Assembly: GCA_043825775.1 (NCBI GenBank) | Contig: JBDRRK010000012.1 | Location: 129,237 to 193,236, forward strand | Length of the DNA: 64,000 bases | DNA from: an archaeon | GTDB lineage: Archaea > Nanobdellota > Nanobdellia > SCGC-AAA011-G17 > GW2011-AR17 | Reading direction: 5' to 3' | In this document: positions 56,091-64,000 of the stretch, one piece after another | How the letters are laid out: each line of letters opens with the position of its first letter | How positions within the stretch are numbered: the stretch's first letter is position 1 | Position numbers and translations under genes: made by a program | The notes under the pieces: generated by a model | What the model was told of the DNA's origin: nothing | The model's input: the letters and a program-made list of their open reading frames with translations, nothing else | Database searches by the model: none

Positions 56091-57229
56091 GTATTGAAAC
56101 AAATATTAAGCTTTTGAATGAAGATACAGAACATCTTTATAGAGTTCAAAAGATTAAGTTTTCTTCAAGTAAACACATAACTACTCCAACTAAAACTATT
56201 CCTTTAGATAGGTTAAGATTAAAAGACTCATTGAATACAAAATCAAGGCAACTTAATGAAATTTTTAAAAGATTTACATCAGAAAAAATAAAAGAAGCCA
56301 ATGAAGACAATGATAAATTTACTAAAATTGAATCTGAATTTAATTCAAATATGAATAAAGTACAAGAAAATGATTCAACATTTTGTTTTTTGGATTTTGC
56401 TGAAAATATATTTCCTACCTCTGAAGAAATTGAATTTATGATAGATATTGCTTATTGTAATTCTGATATTACAACAATTCCAACCATAAGTCAAATTAAA
56501 ATAAAAGAAGAAAATTTTAGTGATTTTTTAAATTATCTTAATAATGCTATTGAAACAATTGAACAACTTAATAATAAACCAATAATGGGGATGATTCCTT
56601 CTGTGGCTCCTAAAAAAGTTGAAGATTTATTAAATCTTTATGAAGAAAAAGGGATAAATTCATTTCTTTTAGACTTAGATGGAAAAAACCCTATAACTGC
56701 AAGAATGAGAATTTTTAGAATTTTAAAAATATTAAATAAGAAAAAACTGCTTGATTCTTCTTATATTCATGGACATAATGTTGGAATGAGAGTAGCAAAA
56801 ATAGTAGATGTAATTCCTGCAAAAGATATTTTAGGATTTGGTTTAGGTTTAAACTCCTTAGGAGAAAAACGTAAAATATTTCATCCAAATAAAGCTTTTT
56901 TAAATTATATAAAAACAAATCCTGAAAATAAATTTAGATTATTTAATAAAGAGGATTATGGATATTGGAAAGGATTAGCTTCAAAAGAATTAGATAAAAT
57001 TTGGCCAGAAGATAGTAGCTTTGAGACTATTTCATTTAAAGAAGCAAAAACATCTGGTTATTTACAAAAAGCATTTAATGTTGAACAATTAGCTTTAGCA
57101 TCACATAAATTAAGAGAAATTGTAAACGAAGAACCCAATAAAACATTGGATTTTATCAAAAATAAAAAGTATGTTAAAAAAGAAGATATAAAAATTATTG
57201 AAAATGTAAAGAAAAAAATTGCTAAATAA
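56087..57229 (+). CDS. hypothetical 380-aa protein, third gene of the Panacea-PIN operon
   Basis: ORF only. Confidence 0.4.
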   Translation: MSIETNIKLLNEDTEHLYRVQKIKFSSSKHITTPTKTIPLDRLRLKDSLNTKSRQLNEIFKRFTSEKIKEANEDNDKFTKIESEFNSNMNKVQENDSTFCFLDFAENIFPTSEEIEFMIDIAYCNSDITTIPTISQIKIKEENFSDFLNYLNNAIETIEQLNNKPIMGMIPSVAPKKVEDLLNLYEEKGINSFLLDLDGKNPITARMRIFRILKILNKKKLLDSSYIHGHNVGMRVAKIVDVIPAKDILGFGLGLNSLGEKRKIFHPNKAFLNYIKTNPENKFRLFNKEDYGYWKGLASKELDKIWPEDSSFETISFKEAKTSGYLQKAFNVEQLALASHKLREIVNEEPNKTLDFIKNKKYVKKEDIKIIENVKKKIAK

Positions 57230-57278
57230 ATTCTTAACTTTTTCCACAAGCTTTAAAAACAACCATTTAAATCCAAAT

Positions 57279-57644
57279 GCTATGGAATTAGAAGTAAGAG
57301 TAACAAATTATGATGGAGATTTAGAAGAACTAGGTAAAGTTTATCAAGAAGTTACAGGAACACCTTATGAATCTAAATCTTTTGATGAAACTGATGGAAT
57401 AAGCTTCTTACTAAACAGAGGTGGCTCAGGATATTCCTTATCAGCAATAAGATGGACAATTGAGCCTAGCTACAACCTTGTTCTAACTGCTTTTGGAAAT
57501 GATGCTCAAGTTTCAAGGGAAGTGATTGATGAATTTGCACAAATAACAGGATTAAAACCAATGGAAGCTCCCGCATACTTAAGAGAACAATTAGAAAATC
57601 AAATGGCTAAATCTCAATTAGTTTTTGCATTATTAGATCTTTAA
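57279..57644 (+). CDS. hypothetical protein (start moved to MELEV of track ORF 57219..57644)
   Basis: ORF only. Confidence 0.3.
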   Translation, partial: AMELEVRVTNYDGDLEELGKVYQEVTGTPYESKSFDETDGISFLLNRGGSGYSLSAIRWTIEPSYNLVLTAFGNDAQVSREVIDEFAQITGLKPMEAPAYLREQLENQMAKSQLVFALLDL

Positions 57645-58627
57645 ATATCAAAAACTCCTGCAGGAACATAAGTTGTCTTATGATCCTTAACAACCCTTAA
57701 ATTCTCATAACTTTTTATTATATTACCAAATTCCTCTTTAAACTCAGATAAAACTTCCTGAAAATGAGTATTATTTTTAACATGCAAATCCACCATAAGG
57801 TTCCAATCCCCCACTGTATTAATAATAAATATTACATTTTTATGGGATTGTAATTTTTTTACAAACTTCATTTTCTCAGTTTCATTAATGCAATTCAATT
57901 CAAATAAAACAACATGCCATTCATAACCAAAAACAGAAGGATCAATTTTAATCTTAAATCCTTGTATCACTCCTTCTTTTTGTAGCATATTTAATTTCCT
58001 TGTGACTGTATCTTTAGCAATTTTAGTTTTTTTGGCTAATTCCAAAACACTCATTCTTGGATCAGTATCTAAAGTCTTCAAAAGCTTAACGTCCTTCTTG
58101 TCTAATTTAAACAATTCTTCATTTCCATAATAATCATCTTTTCTCAAATAACTTGAAGAATCAACAAGGTATTTATTCTTACATGAGATAGCAGACATAT
58201 CAATAATAAACTTCTTTTCTCTTATGTTTTCTCCGAACTTGCTGTAAATTCGATTCAAAGATTCATTAAATTGTAGAATATCTCTTGTGAAAATGGCTAT
58301 GACCAAATTCCATTTTCCTGTTGTGCTTGCAACCCAACCCACTGTATCCATATCCTTTAAAAAGTTAATAAGTTCCTCTTCCCTTTGCTTAGTCATGTTT
58401 TGTAATTGTAAGAACAGATCATAAAAACTATAACCTATCTTCTTCGTATCAATCATCATGAAGAAATGAGTTATTGCACCTGTTTTCATTAATCTTCTGA
58501 CCCTATATTTAACCATTTGTTTGGATAATTCTACCTTCTTGGCTATGTCTGCAAGGGACTGCCGTGCATCTAAGTCAAGTTCGTAAAGAATACGTTTATC
58601 TTTGAGATCAAGTGATGATGGAGGCAC
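57641..58627 (-). CDS. tandem Lrp/AsnC-type transcriptional regulator (two HTH + RAM-like modules)
   Basis: Two HTH_AsnC-like segments: LDLKDKRILYELDLDARQSLADIAKKVELSKQMVKYRVRRL and LDKKDVKLLKTLDTDPRMSVLELAKKTKIAKDTVTRKL. Confidence 0.6.
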   Translation of the reverse strand: MPPSSLDLKDKRILYELDLDARQSLADIAKKVELSKQMVKYRVRRLMKTGAITHFFMMIDTKKIGYSFYDLFLQLQNMTKQREEELINFLKDMDTVGWVASTTGKWNLVIAIFTRDILQFNESLNRIYSKFGENIREKKFIIDMSAISCKNKYLVDSSSYLRKDDYYGNEELFKLDKKDVKLLKTLDTDPRMSVLELAKKTKIAKDTVTRKLNMLQKEGVIQGFKIKIDPSVFGYEWHVVLFELNCINETEKMKFVKKLQSHKNVIFIINTVGDWNLMVDLHVKNNTHFQEVLSEFKEEFGNIIKSYENLRVVKDHKTTYVPAGVFDI

Positions 58628-58729
58628 TATGATATTAACAGAATAGACTAAAAAATATATAAATTTTATGCAATTGTAAAAGAATCGTCATAAGCCATTT
58701 TAAGAACTAGTTTTGACATTATTACATAC

Positions 58730-58978
58730 ATGTTGGTCAGTCCAATCACAAACACTAACAAGATAATTAACGTGAACGGCAAGGTTTTCCACATTGAACG
58801 GAGAAGAAGAATTGACTTGAAAAAACCAATAAGAGACCTTTTTGACAATGAGAATTCTGAAGTTTACTACAAGATGGAAATATGTCTCAGTCCTGAAAAG
58901 ACAATAAAAAGAATAAGGGAACTGACGCAGAAAAGCATCATTCCTGTTATAATGTATTTCACGGTGAAAAATGAATAA
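58730..58978 (+). CDS. hypothetical small protein
   Basis: ORF only, G+C-richer like the following gene. Confidence 0.2.
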   Translation: MLVSPITNTNKIINVNGKVFHIERRRRIDLKKPIRDLFDNENSEVYYKMEICLSPEKTIKRIRELTQKSIIPVIMYFTVKNE

Positions 58979-59759
58979 ATGCCCAGAATGTCAAGGCGAA
59001 AGGTACTCAATTGATTCAAGAACAGGGGAATTTGTCTGCAGGAAATGTGGATTGGTTATTGAGGATTCCCCATTTGAAGTCCCTTATGTAAATGATGTTA
59101 TGAAGGAAAGGGCAGAAACCCCTTGCCTGTTAAAGGCAGGTGGGAAGGAAATAAGCGGGAAAGTGATCAGGAAGCACTGGATGAGATCAACAAAGGAGAA
59201 GAACATGAGAGACATGAAAGACAAACTGGATTTATTGAGCTCGCAGTTGAAACTCACTGAAAGGGCAAAGAAGGATGCATTCTTTTTCTTCAGGCAGGCA
59301 GTTGAATTGAAATTGAATGTGGGAAGGGGAAACATGAATTTATTGTGTGCATGCATCTATGCATCCTGTTTACTGCACAAGACTCCCAAGACATTTGACG
59401 AGATAAAGTTTTACACTGATATCAAAAAGAGAAAGCTGTTCAAGCCTTACATGATATTAAAGAAGAGATTAAATCTTGAAATGGAACAAGTGAATCCAGA
59501 GGATTTCATCCCGAGGTTCAGTTCAATTTTGAAATTGAAGCAGAGCACGATAACAAAAGCTTATGAGATATTGCATAAATTGGATGGTCATTATGTAATG
59601 TCGGGATGGCAGGCTCGAACAATTGCTTCGTGTGTCATTTACTTGGCCACTAAATTGAATAATGATTTCAGGCCTCAAAGAGAAGTTAGCAATGCAACTC
59701 ATGTGATTGAGACTACGTTGAGGAGAAGGTGCAGGGAGTTGAGTGTAATTATTAAGTAG
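58971..59759 (+). CDS. tfb: TFB (TFIIB-like) transcription factor paralog, short and compositionally atypical
   Basis: N-terminal zinc ribbon CPECQG...CRKCG followed by cyclin-fold repeats. 262 aa is shorter than typical TFB. Confidence 0.7.
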   Translation: MNKCPECQGERYSIDSRTGEFVCRKCGLVIEDSPFEVPYVNDVMKERAETPCLLKAGGKEISGKVIRKHWMRSTKEKNMRDMKDKLDLLSSQLKLTERAKKDAFFFFRQAVELKLNVGRGNMNLLCACIYASCLLHKTPKTFDEIKFYTDIKKRKLFKPYMILKKRLNLEMEQVNPEDFIPRFSSILKLKQSTITKAYEILHKLDGHYVMSGWQARTIASCVIYLATKLNNDFRPQREVSNATHVIETTLRRRCRELSVIIK

Positions 59760-59806
59760 TAACAAATAGAAAGGTTTATAAATAGATATAATCTGATTTT
59801 ATATAT

Positions 59807-60544
59807 ATGAAATATCTAATTGAACCAAAAGACAGAATTTGGGTTGCTGTAAATGACAGAATAGTTGGGACTAATTCAGATGAAGAATTAGTGAGAAATT
59901 TACAAGAAAGAACTAACTCTGTTCAAACTTGGTTTTTTGACTTGGATGATAATCATGCTGATTCTCCTGCAAAAAAGATAGCATTTGGAAGAGTAGGAAC
60001 AAATATTTTTGATCCAAAATTCTTATATTGGGCTTTAACACAAGGAGCACCTGCAAAGTTTATTAAAAGTAAAGAATCAGAAGCTTGGAGAAAATATGTT
60101 AATAATTTTCTTCGGGATGAAGAAGCTCTACAAGAAGTAAGAGAACTTTTTACTGAAGAAACTGCTAGACAATCTTTATATCAAGGAGTTTTAGATTTTG
60201 CTAATCTAGTTTCAAGATCATCAAGGTTTTATGTTACTAGAAACATTGCAGAAGTTGCTGAACCTTATAGAAGTGCATTAGGGATTGATGGATTTTTCCC
60301 TGAAGCTGATAATAAAGAGAAAGTTGTTGAAGGATATCTTTCTCAACATCCTGAAGTTAGAATAATTGGTGTTGATGGAGATTCTGAAGAAGATGCAGCA
60401 ATGATTGAGGTTGCACAATTTTATGATAGAGAAGTTGTTTCTTTTTATAGTATGAATAAACCAAGAGATTCCCAAATGGATCAAAGATTTGATTACTCTG
60501 TAAGTAAGAATAAAAGTGGATTGGTTAGTTTACTACAAGAATAG
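59807..60544 (+). CDS. hypothetical protein (possible HAD-like, FDLDDN)
   Basis: Weak DxDx motif only. Confidence 0.3.
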   Translation: MKYLIEPKDRIWVAVNDRIVGTNSDEELVRNLQERTNSVQTWFFDLDDNHADSPAKKIAFGRVGTNIFDPKFLYWALTQGAPAKFIKSKESEAWRKYVNNFLRDEEALQEVRELFTEETARQSLYQGVLDFANLVSRSSRFYVTRNIAEVAEPYRSALGIDGFFPEADNKEKVVEGYLSQHPEVRIIGVDGDSEEDAAMIEVAQFYDREVVSFYSMNKPRDSQMDQRFDYSVSKNKSGLVSLLQE

Positions 60545-60548
60545 TTTT

Positions 60549-61529
60549 CTAAATTCCTAAATGGGTTGCAACCATAATTCTAAAAAAAGTTGGAGTATTC
60601 ATTGGCAAACCATACATTTCTCCTTCCTGCTTAATTAATTCATATTTTTTTCTAATCATTTCTCTGCCATCCATTTCAGAAACATCAAATCTAGGAATCA
60701 AAGTTCCTAATCTTCCAACTTGTTTTCTTACTAATCTAAGGTCTTCTCTGGCATGGCTATCAGTACTATAAATTAAAGGCCTATCAACTCTTTCTGCAAA
60801 ATCTCTTGATTCTCCATTTGTTCCAACCATATATAACGAATTAGCTGAATTTCCACCTTCAATAAACACGTCAAAATCTTCACAAGCTTGTTCAAGGTTT
60901 TGTTCTTCTGAATCATTTGCAGGTAAAAATCCAATATATCTTACTGGAATTGTAAATGGATGTGCTAGAGTTGTTGGACAACCTTGCATTTCAGCAGCCT
61001 TTAGAATATCATAACTTTTTTCTCCTTTTATATCATCAAAACCTTCAACAACAATATGCATCTCATGATGATCTCTTAATAATCCTTTTTTACTTCCATC
61101 AAATTCAGTTTCAAATTCTTCACTTTGTGTGAATACTACTTGTTGGTCTTCTTTTCTTAATACAACAGCATATTTATCTTGAAATACAACTTCTATTCCT
61201 TCCAAACTTGATAACCCTTCTCTAAATCCTTCAAAAGTTAAATAATTTACACCTTGTTTTCTATTACTGATTGTCTGCATAAATACATCCATATCAAATA
61301 CTAAATTTACTAAATCCTGAAGATTATTATGTTTTGAGAAGTGAGCATGTGAATCAACCAACCCCTTATCTAAAGGAACTTCTTTTCTTTTTCTATAATG
61401 TGAAGTGATAAATCTACCCAAATCATTCATTCCTTCATTTCCGAACATTGCCCAGTATCCTGTTGTTCCCGCCACAAATCCTACTCCTCCTAGAATTGCA
61501 CTTAATTTTAAAAATTGTCTTCTATCCAT
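60549..61529 (-). CDS. Tat-signal secreted metal-dependent hydrolase (PHP/amidohydrolase-like)
   Basis: MDRRQFLKLSAILGG twin-arginine signal, then VDSHAHF metal-binding motif. Confidence 0.45.
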   Translation of the reverse strand: MDRRQFLKLSAILGGVGFVAGTTGYWAMFGNEGMNDLGRFITSHYRKRKEVPLDKGLVDSHAHFSKHNNLQDLVNLVFDMDVFMQTISNRKQGVNYLTFEGFREGLSSLEGIEVVFQDKYAVVLRKEDQQVVFTQSEEFETEFDGSKKGLLRDHHEMHIVVEGFDDIKGEKSYDILKAAEMQGCPTTLAHPFTIPVRYIGFLPANDSEEQNLEQACEDFDVFIEGGNSANSLYMVGTNGESRDFAERVDRPLIYSTDSHAREDLRLVRKQVGRLGTLIPRFDVSEMDGREMIRKKYELIKQEGEMYGLPMNTPTFFRIMVATHLGI

Positions 61530-61553
61530 AAATATTAGCTTTAAAAAGTTATT

Positions 61554-62009
61554 TTACATAATTTTTTCTATATTATCAACTTGATAAACTCGTCCTGCTT
61601 CACTTATCCAGGATTGTTCATCATCAGGAGCCATACTTGCATGAATACAATAGTTTCCAAAACCTTCTACATTAACTACAAGAGTATTATCTCCTAAATA
61701 AGTAGAAGAACAATTTTCTGAAGTATAAGCTACTCTTTCCCAGAATGGATTTGGACATTCAGAAGAAAAAACTGCTTCAGGATGTTCCTCTTGAATCTTT
61801 TCAACTAAAGCACTTGATATATGATCAGTATTTCTTTGTTTTACGCTTCCTATTTCTCCCACCCAAAGAATCATTGATACTGGAAAAAAAGAAACAGCAC
61901 CTACTCCAAAAAGAGCAATACCTACTCCTCCCAGTCCCGAATTTTGCTTTTTTTCTTGTTTTGCCATATAAATCATTTTTAAATGGTTATTTATAAAGCT
62001 TTTGTTCAA
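61554..62009 (-). CDS. membrane-anchored hypothetical protein
   Basis: One N-terminal TM helix. Confidence 0.3.
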   Translation of the reverse strand: MNKSFINNHLKMIYMAKQEKKQNSGLGGVGIALFGVGAVSFFPVSMILWVGEIGSVKQRNTDHISSALVEKIQEEHPEAVFSSECPNPFWERVAYTSENCSSTYLGDNTLVVNVEGFGNYCIHASMAPDDEQSWISEAGRVYQVDNIEKIM

Positions 62010-62616
62010 AGATTTTTAGAATTTCATGAGGAGAATTAACTAAAAAAGAAGGTTTTTCTTTTTTTAATAAATTTTTAGAGTTAAACCCCCATGAAACAGC
62101 AATAATTTCAATACCTAATTTTTTAGCAGCTCTAATATCTCTATCCTCATCACCTATGTATACAACTTCATTAAGGGCAAATTTCTGTTTTTTACATAAT
62201 CTTTTTAATATATTATGTTTTCCAAACAAGGAAGTATCTGAATATATAAAATCAAACAAGTTTAGCATATTGTATTTCATTAAAAATTTTCTTATATTGC
62301 TTTCTGAATTACTTGAAATTATTCCTAAGTGATATTTTTTAGATAATTTAGTTAAAACTCCTTTCATACCCCTGTATATTTTTATATCTTTTTTTATCCT
62401 TGATTTTATTCTCTTTTTAACTTCCTTTATATGTTTAGGAATTTTAAACTTTGAAATTTTTGTCTTAAATAGTAGTTTCTTTAAGCCAATATTCCTAGCT
62501 TCTTTTGGATTAATTTCTATGGAATATTTTTTTGAAAGTTCTATCCCATATTCTTCAACAACAAGGAAAGTATTTGCTATTGTTCCATCAAAATCAAAAA
62601 TAATAATTTTTTTCAT
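61987..62616 (-). CDS. HAD-superfamily hydrolase (phosphoglycolate-phosphatase-like)
   Basis: FDFDGTIANT motif I and GDEDRD motif IV. Confidence 0.75.
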   Translation of the reverse strand: MKKIIIFDFDGTIANTFLVVEEYGIELSKKYSIEINPKEARNIGLKKLLFKTKISKFKIPKHIKEVKKRIKSRIKKDIKIYRGMKGVLTKLSKKYHLGIISSNSESNIRKFLMKYNMLNLFDFIYSDTSLFGKHNILKRLCKKQKFALNEVVYIGDEDRDIRAAKKLGIEIIAVSWGFNSKNLLKKEKPSFLVNSPHEILKIFEQKLYK

Positions 62617-62670
62617 TAGATATTAATGGAGGAGAATATTTTTAAGTTTTTTGAGAATTATCTTTTAACT

Positions 62671-62871
62671 TTACTCGACCAGCCCATCAAAATGAACATC
62701 CTTTCCTGGATTATCCCTCTTCAGTTTCTCAATTATAGCCATCCTGACATAAGAAGACATGGAAAAACAATTACCAGTCTGTTTTTTCATCTCCTTCCAT
62801 AATTTATTAGGACAGCTAAAACTCCTCCTTTCACTTCTCATTATCTCATATTCAGTTTCTTCCATTTTCAA
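62671..62871 (-). CDS. ribbon-helix-helix (CopG-like) small protein
   Basis: Beta-strand + two helices pattern (SFSCPNKLWKEMKK...SMSSYVRMAIIEKL). Confidence 0.35.
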   Translation of the reverse strand: MKMEETEYEIMRSERRSFSCPNKLWKEMKKQTGNCFSMSSYVRMAIIEKLKRDNPGKDVHFDGLVE

Positions 62872-63037
62872 ATATCCTCTTGTGAATTTCCTTGATCCTC
62901 TCCTCCATTGGCATTGACATAAACAAGCTAAATCTTACATAATCAGATTTTTTCAAGAATCCAGCAGATCTTGCTCTTGCAATCAGAATCTGCTCCTGAT
63001 CTGGAGTTATCTTCACCGTGAGAATCTTGCTCTTCAT
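62852..63037 (-). CDS. ribbon-helix-helix (CopG-like) small protein
   Basis: KILTVKITPDQEQILIARARSAGFLKKSDYVRFSL. Confidence 0.4.
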   Translation of the reverse strand: MKSKILTVKITPDQEQILIARARSAGFLKKSDYVRFSLFMSMPMEERIKEIHKRIFENGRN

Positions 63038-63108
63038 GAGAACTAAGTGTTTGCCATTATAAAAATATGGTTTGGATACAAAAAAGGTAACAGATTAGGT
63101 AACAAAAA

Positions 63109-63792
63109 TTAATATATCCAACCTTGCTCATGATATCTCATTACAGGTCCAATCATAGAAGTGAACCTTGCCTCTTCGATTGTCAAGGCAATGTCAGGTA
63201 TTTGTGCCCCCAAATTCATCCCATTATAATGTTCATGATCCTGAAGATAGAACCAATGTCTTGATTCTGCACTCCAAGCCACCTGAAGTAATGCTAGTTT
63301 AGTTAGTGGAAATAACTTATCTTCCAATGTTAAGTCTTGTAAGGGCTTAAATGATTGCAATTCTCTTTGACTTAAATGAAAATCATCTCTATTTACTGTT
63401 AACAAAATAAAATGACAATGTTGTTTTTTACTCTTATAATTATCTACGATAACTCCTAATGCGGCTGGATGAGAAAAATCACCCTCACTAAAATCTTCAG
63501 GGAATTTCTTATCCGAAAACACCTCTTCACATAATCCTCTTATTGCTGAGCCAATTGGTTGTTCTTCTCCTAATAGTTCTGCATTTCTTGTAATTGCTGA
63601 TGGGACCAAATGTCCACCCAAGGTTTCTTTGTAAAGTCTTTGATTAAATGGATGAGACAAACCTTTCTCAACTTTTTCCCCTATTGCCCCATAATAACCC
63701 TGGAATGGTTCAGTTCCTCTTTGTCCAAGGTAAATCTGTCCATTGATAACTGGTATTGTAAATGTAACAGATGTTCCGATTTTGTCTTCCAT
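63109..63792 (-). CDS. hypothetical protein (weak Nudix-like segment)
   Basis: GAIGEKVEKG ... RGLCEEV only loosely resembles a Nudix box. Confidence 0.3.
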   Translation of the reverse strand: MEDKIGTSVTFTIPVINGQIYLGQRGTEPFQGYYGAIGEKVEKGLSHPFNQRLYKETLGGHLVPSAITRNAELLGEEQPIGSAIRGLCEEVFSDKKFPEDFSEGDFSHPAALGVIVDNYKSKKQHCHFILLTVNRDDFHLSQRELQSFKPLQDLTLEDKLFPLTKLALLQVAWSAESRHWFYLQDHEHYNGMNLGAQIPDIALTIEEARFTSMIGPVMRYHEQGWIY

Positions 63793-64000
63793 AAATCTTG
63801 TTTTTATCTAAGGATTTATAAATATTTTCAGATTGACCACCACCAAATAAATACAAAATTATCGGCGAGAGAAGTCGTAAAAAAAGGACAATATATATAA
63901 ATGAGTGCATCCACTTATATAGTAAGGCGGAGGAAAGCACGCTTACGCAAGTTCACTCCGACTAAAAAAGGGCTATATTTGCCAGAAAATCTATTTTACC

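Noticed and set aside
63900-64000. GC-rich tract ggcggaggaaagcacgcttacgcaagttcactccgac at the window end, considered as a tRNA or ncRNA fragment
   Set aside because: Could not be folded into a tRNA cloverleaf (no T-loop GTTCRANYC and no acceptor pairing). Truncated by the window edge.

Overview
This window reads as an AT-rich archaeal chromosome segment, probably a small-genome DPANN-type lineage, in two parts.

The first ~30 kb is a dense, mostly minus-strand core of informational and housekeeping genes. It carries Cbf5 (partial), ribosomal proteins L31e, L39e, S19e, L15e, L37Ae, L11 and L40e, a PDCD5-like DNA-binding protein, aCPSF1 (a KH + beta-CASP RNA-processing nuclease), proteasome beta, CCA-adding enzyme and a Dph6-like PP-loop ATPase. 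It also holds thermosome, a ZPR1 zinc finger protein, SepF, prefoldin beta, RpoP, tRNA-Pro(UGG), the SecE-Spt5-L11 cluster, FtsZ, an FKBP, aIF5A, an M50 protease, a THUMP tRNA methyltransferase, TatD, Taw1 and UppP. Three short conserved genes (L39e, RpoP, L40e) and one tRNA fall in gaps of the >=60-aa ORF track.

From ~29.9 kb the content becomes accessory and mosaic, with these elements:
- Two tyrosine recombinases.
- A MazG-like gene bracketed by inverted and direct repeats.
- A G+C-richer insertion carrying an Hjc-like resolvase.
- Two TrmB-type regulators, a cytidine deaminase and an orphan DNA methyltransferase.
- A C-protein/methyltransferase/MvaI-BcnI-like Type II restriction-modification system.
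- Two Panacea (DUF4065)-type putative toxin-antitoxin modules.
- A VirB4 ATPase-centred module of membrane proteins (small zinc-ribbon protein, small TM protein, VirB2-like protein, a 680-aa polytopic glycoprotein-like protein, and a VirB4/TrbE-like ATPase with an extra C-terminal domain).

Four near-identical BRE/TATA promoter copies drive these island operons. This looks like an integrated conjugative or DNA-transfer (Ced-like) element in an archaeon where none is expected.

Downstream lie more accessory-looking genes: a SET-domain protein, a radical SAM enzyme, HD hydrolases, a Panacea-PIN three-gene operon, a tandem Lrp regulator, a G+C-richer truncated TFB paralog and two RHH proteins. 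No rRNA or CRISPR array is present.
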